A program made the translations under genes and the position numbers. From positions 186,001 to 250,000 of the IMG/VR virus record IMGVR_UViG_3300033145_003233: a stretch of DNA of 64,000 nucleotides; one strand, written 5' to 3'. The notes below the pieces were generated by a model, which did no database searches, had not been told where the DNA came from, and saw only the letters and a program-made list of their open reading frames with translations. Shown here one piece after another: positions 20,137 through 31,437 of this stretch; the stretch's first letter is position 1, and every line of letters starts with the position of its first letter.

Positions 20137-21487
20137 TATTTCGTCATTCTAAAATGAGTGCTATTAAATGGTATATTTGGAAATTCTTGTAAAAACATTT
20201 TTGTATGGCTTGAATGGCTTTCCACTCTTTCTATTGTATATGTTTTACCTACTGTCAGGTATAATTCTATAGCAGCACATCCTCCATAATTATTATCAAA
20301 GTTGCTTATACACCTTACCTTATCGTTAGGCTTAGCATTCTCTGCTCTTTTTCCTTTATTAACTGCTTTATCCATCAGTTGCCTTATGATATTCTTCATC
20401 ATCTTTTCCTCTTAAACTTTGGGCATACACTACTATATAATGGTGTTGTCCCATATCTCTCTGATTTCTTATTTACACAAGTTCTAGTAAACATAGAGTC
20501 TTTTCTCGGATTCTCTTCCCAGGAAATACAATCTCGACATTCTCGTTCTAATTTTCTTGTTTTTTTCTTAGCGGGATTCTTGTCGGAATAAGGAACATAG
20601 ACTTCAAAATCTTCAAAATCTTCTTCTATTTGTACGATAGGTGTATGAGATCCATGGTCACAACGAGGGTTATTTTCAAATATAGATTGATGGACTGCTG
20701 GATTTCTCATTAATAGATATATTTCTTCATGATCTACTATAAGTTGTCCATCTATTGGATCTCCTCTCCACGCAAGAATAGCTTTCGCTCCATACTCATC
20801 AGTGGCTTCTTTTTGCCTTCTTAGTATGTCTAGGGCCAGCTCTTTGGCTTTATTCCATCTACGTTGGTAATTATTTAATGTCTTCGTTTTCAATCTTCTT
20901 TTCTTTCCCGCATTTTTAAAGTATAGTAGGAAGTTTTTATAAACATAATAAGACTGATTCCCATTACCCCACCAAGAACAAATTGCAATATCATAATGTC
21001 CATAGGTGATGGAGCAAAAAGGAATGCTATGCCACCTATCAAAAGCAACCTAAAGACAAGTGTTTCTGCATCTACTCTTACTCCTGTTTCTTTCTTTTCT
21101 TCAGGCATATTTATTTCCATTCTTTAAAGAACAAAAGATAGACAACTACAGCAATACCAAAAATAACCAGTGTGACTTTAGAGGTTGCTATAGCCCACGC
21201 TGCTTGAAATATACATGAGCAGATCATGGCAATCAGAAACAATATAAGCAGTATTACAACTATTAGTTTCATTATAAACCTTCCTATTCCTGGCTCGCCA
21301 TTTCCTTATAGACATATATTCCCGCTAGTGCTACTATTCCTCCCACAACAGCACCTATCATGAGACCTGAAGTGAATATAGCGTTCAGCGTATTGAAAGC
21401 TATAAAGAATAAAGATATAGCTGCCAGAACGAGAACAAAGATAACCATTGGATCGTCTAAAAATTTGTCCCAAAATTTGTCCCACAT
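20136..21487 (-). CDS. Hypothetical ORFs (20136-20402, 20399-20893, 20890-21120, 21284-21487 and one unlisted ~52-aa TM ORF)
   Basis: Contiguous ORFs. Confidence 0.6.
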
Positions 21488-21488
21488 T

Positions 21489-22208
21489 TTAACTTCCTTT
21501 CACTAATGAACTATTACAAGGGTCATATTTCGAACAGAGAACAGCAGTTTTGCAATATAAGCTGTCCAACAGTTCCCATTTATTTCTGAATAAAGTTCCT
21601 TCTGGAATATGCACTCTCATAAGACCATGGTACACCACACAGAGAGTCAAGTTTGTGCATCTTTTACAAGATCTTTGTAGATAGGTTCCTTTTTGAGCCA
21701 ATTGCTTTATAGAGGCTTTAGTGGTGTCGCTCACTGTAACACCAAGAATCTTCATTACTTCTCCCTTAACTCCTGCTAGGGTTAATCCTTGCCCAGAGAG
21801 ATGGTAATAAGCTTCACTCTCAGCTCCTTCTTTTGTTTTTTGAGAATGCAGAAGTCCTAATAAAATGTGTTCTGATCCCACGTAATTATGACTTAAAGAT
21901 CTGGCTTCTTCTATAGCATATTCTATAACTTTTTTGCTAGTCTCTGTTTGGGGTAATTTTTCTCCCACTGAAGAAGATGATTCGCCTTCTTTATCTTCTA
22001 ATATGGCATGAACCAAAACTAGTAGTTGGTCTCTGGTTATTTTCAACTCTTCACTATGATTTAAAGCGGTATGTCCCACTCCGCTGCCTTCTTTGAGTAG
22101 ACCATAAAGCACATGTATAGTGCCTATATAATCACTATTAAATGTATGAGCAGCCTCGTTAGCCAACTTCATTACTTTTCTTGCTCTATCAGTAAATCTT
22201 TCAAACAT
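21489..22208 (-). CDS. ClpC N-terminal (double Clp-N) domain protein lacking AAA modules, with Cys-rich C-terminus
   Basis: MFERFTDRARKVMKLAN...YIGTIHVLYGLLKEGSGVG and KKVIEYAIEEARSLSHNYVGSEHILLGLL; tail CKRC...C...C...C. Confidence 0.9.
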   Translation of the reverse strand: MFERFTDRARKVMKLANEAAHTFNSDYIGTIHVLYGLLKEGSGVGHTALNHSEELKITRDQLLVLVHAILEDKEGESSSSVGEKLPQTETSKKVIEYAIEEARSLSHNYVGSEHILLGLLHSQKTKEGAESEAYYHLSGQGLTLAGVKGEVMKILGVTVSDTTKASIKQLAQKGTYLQRSCKRCTNLTLCVVYHGLMRVHIPEGTLFRNKWELLDSLYCKTAVLCSKYDPCNSSLVKGS

Positions 22209-22392
22209 AATTTCCCCTTGTTTAAAGGTTAAATCTAAAGGTTATCCTTTTAGAAATTTCATTTAGGGCCTCAATGTCTCATCTTTTATCCAAACTATTT
22301 TTTTGGGCGTTCTTCTTTGTATTTTAAAACAGCAATGCCTACATTGTTTGCCATCAAATTCGAAAGCTGTAGAGCAAAGTGGGCATATTTTA

Positions 22393-23871
22393 TCATTTGT
22401 TTTTTCCATTTTCTAACTTCTCCAATTTCTCTAATATCGAATTAATATCTACCTGCATTTTAGTTAGCATCTCTGTTTTCTGAGAAGCCTGTCTGTGTCT
22501 TTGAATATCTAGTAGGACTCTACTTTCTTTTTTACCCCAGAAATATTCCAGAGCATAATGGACATATTCAGAGGCAAGATGAACTATTACTAATATAGAT
22601 AAAACACAGTCCCACATATTTAATCTTCCTCAAGTCCAAGTCCTGGTATCTTCTTTTTTGTATAATCAGGGTCCCCTTTCATAAGATGTGATGGACAATC
22701 ATTGCAAAGGCACTTTGCCCCGCATAACTCACATGGGCCATGCGAAAGAGCTAGAGTTTTAACATAACCATTTTTTTCGGCACAGGGGTCACAATAAAAC
22801 ATTATTGCTCCTTACTCTCACTTTTTATTATAGCGGCTACAATTCTTCCTGTAGCTTCCAGAACTGCCTTACTCACATCTATTCTATCTTTAGGCATCAT
22901 AGATATTGTCTTGCTAGCGACAGAATCATAACATGCATCAAAAACAGTTCTTATATCAGTTGTTATTTGTTCTCTTATCATTTTTTCTTTCTTTTGAATA
23001 TATTCTTTTCATGCTTCAATTTCCTTGTCCACCATCTAAGATAGCGACCTGAGGGAACAACTTCAATTTGTTCTATTTTTTCTTTTTTTTCTTTCTCATC
23101 ATTCTCCCGTACATACCACATTATCGGCCATATAATTTAGAACTGCTCTGATTTTTTCTTTACCTATAGTTTCATCATCGCACATTATCTGATCATCCTT
23201 CATATAGAACGTAAGCTCTCCATATCCATACTGATCTATAACCCACCCTATTTTTGCGCACTCACCATAGAAATGGACATGTTGCACATTTATCTCTTTT
23301 GATTCTCTCATCCTCATCTCACGCAAATCTTCTATATCCACATAAACGAATTTTTGTCCGCATAGAATGCACATATCTTCTGCTGTTATCTCAAGAGTTT
23401 CTTGATCTCTACGTACTAGCAGAACCCCTATTTTACAGACAGGGCATTCAGAACGAAACAGAGATTCAGTATGAGCAAGTCTCTTTAGTTCTGCATGTTT
23501 CACTTCCACAGCAGGTTCGTTTATATTGACACCAGAGAATTTTTTAGCTTCTTCGTCCATTACTGACTCCTTCTAACTATCAGTCGAAAGTCCATCCTTT
23601 TTCTTCAATTAGCCCAGCCTTTTTCGTCAACCAGTTCTAGGAGGGCAATAATCAATCCTACGATTGCTGCTATCCAGCCGCCTATAAAGATGATACCAGC
23701 GAACCATCCCAGTAGTCCTGTGAGTAATCCAAATGAAGAGGATGATACAAGTGCCCCTTTAAAGACAGCGGCTACTCCCGCTGAGATCATGGAGATTAAC
23801 CATAGTCTGAAAAACCTGTTCATTTTTTGGGGTTCTTCTGTTTCTGTAGTTTGTGTTTCTTCCTTTGCCAT
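22393..23871 (-). CDS. Hypothetical ORFs (22393-22617, 22620-22802, 23099-23560, 23605-23871 and small unlisted ORFs)
   Basis: Contiguous ORFs; several CxxC or TM segments. Confidence 0.6.
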
Positions 23872-23892
23872 TTTGTTTCTTCCTTTCTAAAT

Positions 23893-24351
23893 TTAGTGTA
23901 CAAAAATTTCTACTTCTTGATCTGCTCTCATTTCTGAGCCATCTCTTTTCGTTACCTGTGTAATAATAGTCATCTTAGATAGTCCTGTTTCTTGTGGTGT
24001 CCATTGAAGAAAAGAAACAAGCCCTTCGTCTTTTATATGTTCTACTTCCATCGTCATTCCTTCGGGACGATTAAAAACAGAGATAGTAGGTTTAGAACCA
24101 TTTGAGATAAAGGCCGGAGATAGAGGAATCTTATAAGTAATCCCTACTTGCAAATTTAGATTCCCATTTTCTATTTTAACTACTTGAGTATTGGCTGAGG
24201 TCTCGAGTGTCTCTTTGTCTTCTTTTATCTTATCTCTCACCAATTTAGCGGCTGGGACAAGCAAGCCTATAAGAATGGCTACGCATCCCATTACCGTCAA
24301 AAGTTCTACTATTGTAAAGCCTTTTCTCTTCATAGTTTTCCTAATGCACAA
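23893..24351 (-). CDS. Prepilin-type N-terminal cleavage/methylation protein with Ig-like domain
   Basis: KRKGFTIVELLTVMGCVAILIGLLVPA; C-terminal P.G......LQWTP...G. Confidence 0.8.
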   Translation of the reverse strand: MCIRKTMKRKGFTIVELLTVMGCVAILIGLLVPAAKLVRDKIKEDKETLETSANTQVVKIENGNLNLQVGITYKIPLSPAFISNGSKPTISVFNRPEGMTMEVEHIKDEGLVSFLQWTPQETGLSKMTIITQVTKRDGSEMRADQEVEIFVH

Positions 24352-24802
24352 AAACTTCTACTATCCGTTCTTCTTTCATCTCTGAACCGTCTCTTTTCGT
24401 TGACTGTGTAACAACAATCATTTTAGATAGTCCTGTTTCCTGTGGTGTCCAATACAGATAAGAAAAGACAGATCCTCCATCTCCCTCTTCCACACCTATA
24501 GATATTCCTGCTGGTGGATCTTTGATGGACATGGTAGGAGCAGAACCATCTGAGACAAAAGATGGAGATAAAAGAATCTTGTAAGTAATCCCTACTTTCA
24601 GATTCAGATTTCCATTTTCTATCTGTGCTACTTGGGCATTATCTTGTATCTCAGCCTCTTCTACTGCCTGCCGGATTTTGTTACAGGCAGGAGCTAATAT
24701 CGCTGCCAGCATAGCCACTATAGCTATCAGTACCATCAACTCAATTAATGTAAAACCTTTCTTCTTCATAACTTGTCCCTTTCTAATTTTCTTTCCAAGC
24801 AA
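24341..24802 (-). CDS. Prepilin-type N-terminal cleavage/methylation protein with Ig-like domain (paralog)
   Basis: KKKGFTLIELMVLIAIVAMLAAILAPA; LYWTPQETG. Confidence 0.85.
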   Translation of the reverse strand: MLGKKIRKGQVMKKKGFTLIELMVLIAIVAMLAAILAPACNKIRQAVEEAEIQDNAQVAQIENGNLNLKVGITYKILLSPSFVSDGSAPTMSIKDPPAGISIGVEEGDGGSVFSYLYWTPQETGLSKMIVVTQSTKRDGSEMKEERIVEVFVH

Positions 24803-25805
24803 AAAACTTTCCTGATTTCCATGGTTCTAATCTTCCTACCCGACATTTAAAACCACAACTTTCTAACACATCCGTTATAACCTCTGGACGATGATTCTCT
24901 AGCCTCGTATGATATTCTCCTGCTATTTTTCTAACAGAAGTAGAAAGAAAATCTTTGTCCCAATTTTCAAATATCTCATATTCAGAACCTTCTGCATTAA
25001 TTTTTACGTAATCGAGATGATCTATGTTTTGTTCTTCTAAAAATTCATTAATATTAATAACCGATATCTCTTCTGTTCCAAGAGGTTCGAAATCAGAATG
25101 CGAAAAGAATGTAGCGCAACAGGATGCCCAGTAAACATTCATTGGTTTCTTTTCTGTAGTATCTCCTATAGCGCAATTAAACGGCACTATAGCTCTACCA
25201 TAAGAACTATCTATTCCTATATTTTTCAACAGATAATGATAAGTAGAGGGAACTGCTTCAACAGCATAAATTTTAGATGCCTCACGCAAAGATGCTAGAA
25301 GACTGAAAAAGCCATAGTGTGCCCCTATATCTAAACAGACATCTCCCTTTTCGATTGGGCAGGGATCTCCTGTGTAAGAATTATCGAATAGAACTAGTTC
25401 ATAAGTAAGCCAAGCTGGATCATCTGGAGCAGTATATAATTCATGAGTTATTATTTCATATTCTTTTTGTTTAGGACCATTATGTTCTTTATATATTACT
25501 TCGTTATTTTGATCTTCAATTTTTACTACTATATTATTAAGGTATCTGATATATATACGTATCTCTTGAAAACCTGATTTGTCAAATTCTATTGCTTGTT
25601 TAATAAGAAGAATGTTTGTGGTCTCATCTCTTAGACAAATATGGCACATATCTTTATCATCAGAGGATGCAAGAAAATAGAACATAGGAGTTACATCTTC
25701 TCTTAAAAAAGGAAAACATAAAAAAACTACTTTTGTGGTAGTTCCATTCTCCAAATTTTCTTGGATAGACTTAGTACTTCCATTAATTTTCTTACAACTT
25801 ATCAT
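24783..25805 (-). CDS. FkbM-family methyltransferase with N-terminal extension
   Basis: CLDIGAHYGFFS, AVEA.P, VKINAEGSEYEI. Confidence 0.85.
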   Translation of the reverse strand: MISCKKINGSTKSIQENLENGTTTKVVFLCFPFLREDVTPMFYFLASSDDKDMCHICLRDETTNILLIKQAIEFDKSGFQEIRIYIRYLNNIVVKIEDQNNEVIYKEHNGPKQKEYEIITHELYTAPDDPAWLTYELVLFDNSYTGDPCPIEKGDVCLDIGAHYGFFSLLASLREASKIYAVEAVPSTYHYLLKNIGIDSSYGRAIVPFNCAIGDTTEKKPMNVYWASCCATFFSHSDFEPLGTEEISVININEFLEEQNIDHLDYVKINAEGSEYEIFENWDKDFLSTSVRKIAGEYHTRLENHRPEVITDVLESCGFKCRVGRLEPWKSGKFFAWKEN

Positions 25806-26844
25806 CTAACGATTTCTACTGCCTTTCCCATCTTCAAATTATAGCATTTCAACATATTATCCAACACATAAAAACATTTATCTGCATCTTCTCTTGACCA
25901 CCCATAATGGCACTCAAGAATTACCTTTACAAAATCAGTATGAAACTGATAAGTAGATTCTTCAAACCTTGCATCTTTATACACATGATATAGATGTAAA
26001 GCTAGGCTTTTCCAATCATTATCAAGTACTGTTTTCAACAGTTTCCTTTTCATCAACTTCCTCTTCCACAACCATGTTACTATCTATTTTAGCTATTGAA
26101 TATCTAAAAGTCCACCGGCAAGTTTCGCTAAAGCAGCTAAAGCTGCCACTCCAAGACCTCCTGCGAATATAGATAGGATGATACTAAGCAACACCATAGA
26201 TGGATATATCATCCCGACAACAGCCGCTAAACTCAAAGACAAAAATCCGAACAAAATGGTATACACTACCATTCTTTGTGTCTCAGTTAATCTCGATAGT
26301 ATTTCTTCAGCCATTTCTTGTCCCTTTCAAATTATTCGTCAAATTTTGATCGTTCATCAAACGCATTACAAACCATAATATGAGCATTAGCCAAAAGTTG
26401 TTTTCTCGTTATGTTGCAAGCATGCCCTTCACAATTAGTTGAGGCTTTACGTTCTATTTCTGCCTCATCCATAGCAGTCTCTATGTCTTTCAAAATCTTT
26501 TTAACTATAACTTTCATAGTCTATATTCCGTCATCATCGCTGTCTTGATCTTTCCACTCATCGCCTTCATTCAAATCCTTATTCATGTTGTCTACCATTT
26601 TGCCCATTCCTGGGAGAATTTGCTTATAGAGTTTTGTTAAATCTTGAGTTCCTTCCATTTGTTTTCTCTGAATCTCCGATGCTCTATCCATAGCATCTGC
26701 TATCAATTTGCCAGCTACAGCAAGACCAACAGCTATATTTCTCCCATCGCCTTCTCGAGTGTTTGTTTTGGTTGTTTCAATTACTTCCTTCATCGTCATC
26801 TTAGTTTTCCTTCTCAAAAAATTCTTTATCATTAACAGGTTCAC
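25802..26844 (-). CDS. Four hypothetical ORFs (25802-26071, 26093-26314, 26332-26517, 26521-26844)
   Basis: Contiguous ORFs. Confidence 0.6.
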
Positions 26845-27682
26845 CGACCTTTTGACTTTCTTTTCTCAACTTCTCTGCTGCCTTCGCTCTTCTTTTCTTT
26901 TGTTTGCTACTCAGATTAATTTTATTCCAGAAATCATCACTCTCAGCTTCTTTTTTCAATTCATCATCTTCTATTTGAGGGAGAAGTCTTTCATAGGCTT
27001 CTCTTCTTGTTTCCTTAGTTAGCTGATGCAAATAATCGATCCAAGCTCCATCTCTAAAAAGCATCTCTTGTCGAATTTTGCCCTGTGAAAAACCAAAAGT
27101 ACAAAAATCATAAGGTTTTAAAACAGAGTGATAAACCAATGTTTTTTCATCATCCTCAGAAGGCCATAAGCCAGTATTAAGCCATACCTTAATATAAATT
27201 GTTTCACCATCACTAGCTAAGAAATAAGGCAGACTTCTATGGCTAGGCCTCAGCCCCCAACTTCTCTCATATGGATTTATTAGATTATCTGCTCTAGGAA
27301 TATATTTATCTTCTCTATAATTAGATTCTATTATAATCTTATCATCCGAATAAGTCATTGTATAATCTCTATAATCCTTCCATCCATCTTCCCCAATCTT
27401 ATGGACCTGCTCAACCACACTTACCATAGCAAAAGCATCTAATTCAATATTAGTATATTTAGAATTAATATTAGCTGCCAGTCCCATTCCTTTTCCCATA
27501 CAAAAGACAATTGCCGCCATGATTCCCAACACTATAAGTAGGTCTCTTACTTTAACCGCTTGATTAATCGGCTCTGGCTTTACCTCTACTGCCTGTTCTT
27601 CCTGCTCTACCTGTACCTCTGCTACCTGTTCTTCCTGCTCTACCTGCTCTACCTGTTTTTCCTGTTCTTTCTTTTCATCCAT
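26801..27682 (-). CDS. Membrane-anchored hypothetical protein, paralog of 27685-28434
   Basis: Shared T.IELDA, DKIII.S, WI.YLH and P.NDK..F; N-terminal EQ repeat. Confidence 0.7.
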   Translation of the reverse strand: MDEKKEQEKQVEQVEQEEQVAEVQVEQEEQAVEVKPEPINQAVKVRDLLIVLGIMAAIVFCMGKGMGLAANINSKYTNIELDAFAMVSVVEQVHKIGEDGWKDYRDYTMTYSDDKIIIESNYREDKYIPRADNLINPYERSWGLRPSHRSLPYFLASDGETIYIKVWLNTGLWPSEDDEKTLVYHSVLKPYDFCTFGFSQGKIRQEMLFRDGAWIDYLHQLTKETRREAYERLLPQIEDDELKKEAESDDFWNKINLSSKQKKRRAKAAEKLRKESQKVGEPVNDKEFFEKEN

Positions 27683-27684
27683 TT

Positions 27685-28434
27685 TTAAATCTCCCCTTTA
27701 AACAAATCTTTATCATTAATAGGTCGTAAAATTTTAATACGATCTTCTTTACTTTCTTGTTGAGCTTGTTCTTCCAGCTCTTTTTGTTCTTTCTCAGCCT
27801 CCATCTTAATCAAGCGTTTTTCATACTCTTTCATATTTTCCTCTGCCCATGCGTCTATCTGAGGTTGTGCTTTTTTAAGAGTTTCTGTTCTTTTATCATC
27901 GGCTATCTTATGTAAATACTTTATCCAATGACCCTTATTAATAGTCAGTTGTGTTCTAAACTGATCTTGCCCTCTTGGAGTAGACCATACAGTTGCCTTC
28001 TTGTCTGTAATAGAGCCATGGACCATTCTTGTTCCAAACATAATCGTATCATTAGGATCTGGTTTAATCCATATTGCAATAGTAACAGGTCCATCATCCG
28101 GCAAGAATCTACAAGTCCTTTGAAAAGGATCAGTGTAGGGATATTCATTAGGGAGATATTGACCTCCGTGATGACTTGAAGCTATTATGATCTTATCATT
28201 TTCATAGCGATATATCCAAGGCTCATCTGCATCTCTATCAAAATATTCTGTTGCATCAGCATCGCACATTACCATAGCATCTAATTCTATTTGAGTGAAC
28301 GTAGAAGGATACTCTGTCCACCATCCATAAAATCCCACAAATAGAAGTCCAACTAGTAGGATAATAACACACGCCCATGCAATCTTTCTTGTTATCCAAT
28401 CGAGAAAGTCATATTTATTTTCTTGATCTGCCAC
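27685..28434 (-). CDS. Membrane-anchored hypothetical protein (paralog pair)
   Basis: As above. Confidence 0.7.
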   Translation of the reverse strand: MADQENKYDFLDWITRKIAWACVIILLVGLLFVGFYGWWTEYPSTFTQIELDAMVMCDADATEYFDRDADEPWIYRYENDKIIIASSHHGGQYLPNEYPYTDPFQRTCRFLPDDGPVTIAIWIKPDPNDTIMFGTRMVHGSITDKKATVWSTPRGQDQFRTQLTINKGHWIKYLHKIADDKRTETLKKAQPQIDAWAEENMKEYEKRLIKMEAEKEQKELEEQAQQESKEDRIKILRPINDKDLFKGEI

Positions 28435-28773
28435 TTTAAATTACTCCCAGAATAAGGTCACAGAACCAAAGAACAACACATAGAACAACACCAGCTAAAA
28501 CAAGTTTGGTGCATCTTCTAGTAACTATAGATTGATATCTTGCTTTAGCCGCAAAATACTGTGCCATAGTCTCAAAATCTTTTTCTTTAGGTCTCTTCAC
28601 TTTAAAATATTCCCATTTGTTAATTGTAAAATAATATCATCATCTATAGATAACTGACTAAGCAGTTCTTTTTCTGTCTCTGTTAAAGAATTTAGCCCTT
28701 TTTTAAGCAAAGCAATATATAACTCCTTCTTACTCTTTCTAAGAGTTATTATCTCTTGTATTCTGACGGTCAT

Positions 28774-29187
28774 TTACAATATTCTCAAACATTGCACTTT
28801 TATATGCTCAACAAGATCTTTATCTAAAAATTTATACCATCCCCTGCCTACCCTTGTTAAGATACCCTTCTTAACTAATCTTGTTAAAATAGCTGAGAGA
28901 TGAGAATGTTGTTTTATCCTCACTTTATCAACCACATCTTTAAGTTCGAAACCCCAGCTCTTTCCTTCCAGCTCTCCTACCAATCTAACTGTTACTGCTC
29001 GTTCTTGAACGGACAACTGTTGTTCAAGAAGAAGCCTATAAACTGGTCTTAGTTTTTCTCTTCGTTCATTCTTTGCAGCAAGCTCGTCAAGTAAGTCAAG
29101 TTGACCTAAAATCCAATCGCCTCTTTCTTTAGTAATCATTTTCCTACTCCTTACCACCAGTGCATTAAGGCTGCTATTGCCGCCCAA
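28774..29187 (-). CDS. Winged-helix DNA-binding protein
   Basis: HLSAILTRLVKKGILTRVGRGWYKF, a typical wHTH recognition helix and wing. Confidence 0.7.
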   Translation of the reverse strand: MGGNSSLNALVVRSRKMITKERGDWILGQLDLLDELAAKNERREKLRPVYRLLLEQQLSVQERAVTVRLVGELEGKSWGFELKDVVDKVRIKQHSHLSAILTRLVKKGILTRVGRGWYKFLDKDLVEHIKVQCLRIL

Positions 29188-31293
29188 GCTATAACCAACC
29201 GTGCTAATGCATTAATATATTTCATTCCAGTATCTCCCGGAACAGAGGGAGAATTTAAAAAAGCTGCTATCATAAGAGCTATAAGAAAAGTAAGAAGTAA
29301 TATAATCACTACACAACAAAACATAGCTATTATGGAGAATACAGGCATTAGTTATCTCCCTCAGCCTGTGTTCTTACAAGTTCTTCCATATCATATATCC
29401 CTTTCAATTCTTTCCAGTATGGAGGATATATTTTTTCTGCCCTTCCCGGTTTAATTTTAAGATAATGATGTAAACCACAAGTGCAAATACGAATAGTGGA
29501 ATAGATATAACAATCCCCATCATGGACAATTGCCCCTTCTGGATGAGCCATAACTTTTCTCTTATACCTTTTGTAGATATGAGGATAACGTTTCTCTAAA
29601 TCTTCTTGATCCTCATCCTTTATATTCTCTATACATTCATCAATATCTCTTTTGACAATCCCTTCCGTTACACCTTTAGGTGGTTCAAACTCTTCTACAA
29701 CAATAGTAGATTCTTCTTTTCTCTTCTTTTCCCAGTATTTTATGATACCGCCTTTAACCGCAACAATTGCTGCGGCATTCATATATTTTTCAACAGAACC
29801 AGCTTCTTCTAAATCATACATATAGGCAAAGACTACATACATAATCGTTGCTACATCTGTTAGATTTTTAGGACAACAAAAACTTAATCTCAATGTAATC
29901 TCTCTTATATCAGAATCATATTCTCCTATAGGAGTACCTAATCTCATAAAACCTATAGGGTCTAAATCCAGGATTACTTCTCTGACGATATCTTCATAAT
30001 CATCAATAGCCTGTTGCTCAAGTTTAGTTAAAGGTTCTCTCATTAGAACTCCGGCGTTTTCTCTATCTTATTTTTAGTCTGAGTAGTGTATTCTACTTTT
30101 CCGCATTTTTCACAAACACGCTTCCACCGATGTTCCGTTTTAGCAGGAACATGCAGAGGCAATTGTCTATCTACTCCCATCGTTCCAGGGGCATCTCCTG
30201 GGGAATAAAATCCTTTATGATGGATATGGTCAGGCGTAATTTCTCCCCACTCATGTGGACATGTTCGGTCAATCTCTGCCAACTGCCTTTGTGCCTCTTT
30301 AAAAGCAGTATCGGATTCAGTCTTGACCCTTATTAATCTTAATCTCTTTTGTAAAAGTGTTTCTTCCATAATTACTCCGGTATCAGACACCATTCTTTAA
30401 CCTCTTTTAATGCCCGCCCGCCTCGTGGAGACGTTCTATCAGTCTCAAGTTTCCATTCTTCCTTTTCTGTTACATAGCCAGTGGTGATAATCAATTTGCT
30501 GTCAAATCGGCCGAGTGGAATTCTGATAAGAACTGTTTTATCCACAGGTGGTTTCTCTATAGATGCCATCTTCCATTGAAGTATTGACTTCGGAGGGGCC
30601 ACAATTTTAGGTTTCGCTTTGGCTCTAGCCTTAACCTTAGCTTTAGCTTTCTTCCTTGTATATTTCCATTTATAATAAGTATCTCCATCGTGGTCTGCTT
30701 TATATAAGATACCATGATCTCCGATGCTAGGCCATTTTTCATCTATATTATTATCTTTCCATATCCATTCAAAATCCTTACCATCGAAATAATATGCACA
30801 ACCAATCTTGCCATTCTGATTAATGAGAGGATCTACATCTACAATAGTACCAGATATATGCTCTTCCCATTCAAACTTGTGTTCTCTCCTCTTACCATAG
30901 GCTGTGGATACTTCCAAATGGGCAGCAACAGAAAGACACCCTAAAATTAAAATAATTGTTATAACATTTTTCATGGTTGAAATCACATTCATTTTATGTC
31001 TCCTAATCATCTTCATCATCATATACGGCCCATTGCCTTATATGTTTCGAACTTAATTCCTCAAATAAATCTACATCTCCTATATAGATTCCTGTCCATA
31101 TCATTATGATACCTGGGAGTAATCCCATTTCACAAAGCACTGCACGAAGAATTCCCCATACAACCTTAGAATTATCTACCCCCCAGCTCTCTACAGCTTG
31201 CATAATCCCACCATAGAGCATAACGCACCCGCCCAGCCATATGGCAAAAATAATTCCACCGATAATTAAACCCAAACCTATAAGAATTTTCAT
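29151..31293 (-). CDS. Five hypothetical ORFs (29151-29348, 29348-30043 with DUF1871-like N-terminus, 30043-30393, 30372-31022 with DUF551-like C-terminus, 31003-31293)
   Basis: DPIG....P..EYD..I in 29348; W....EKPP....VL...W.LIPE in 30372. Confidence 0.6.
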
Positions 31294-31309
31294 ATTATAT
31301 TCCCTTTCT

Positions 31310-31346
31310 AATATATGGTTAAAATTTTTTACTTGTCTGGAAAATT
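31310..31346 (-). promoter_or_regulatory. Box promoter TTTTCCAGACA-N18-TATATT
   Basis: CAGACA at 31339-31334; -10 at 31315-31310. Confidence 0.65.
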
Positions 31347-31374
31347 ATTATAACCACTTTCTACAAAATTGCAA
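31347..31374 (-). promoter_or_regulatory. sigma70-type promoter
   Basis: TTGCAA-16-TATAAT. Confidence 0.6.
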
Positions 31375-31437
31375 GTCTATTTATATTTATTTGTAACTCC
31401 TTTATTAACAGATAGTTATAAATAAGGAGTATCACTT

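Noticed and set aside
27580-27665. Tandem DNA repeat (CCTGTTCTTCCTGCTCTACCTG)
   Set aside because: It is explained by a low-complexity EQ/V linker in the protein N-terminus.
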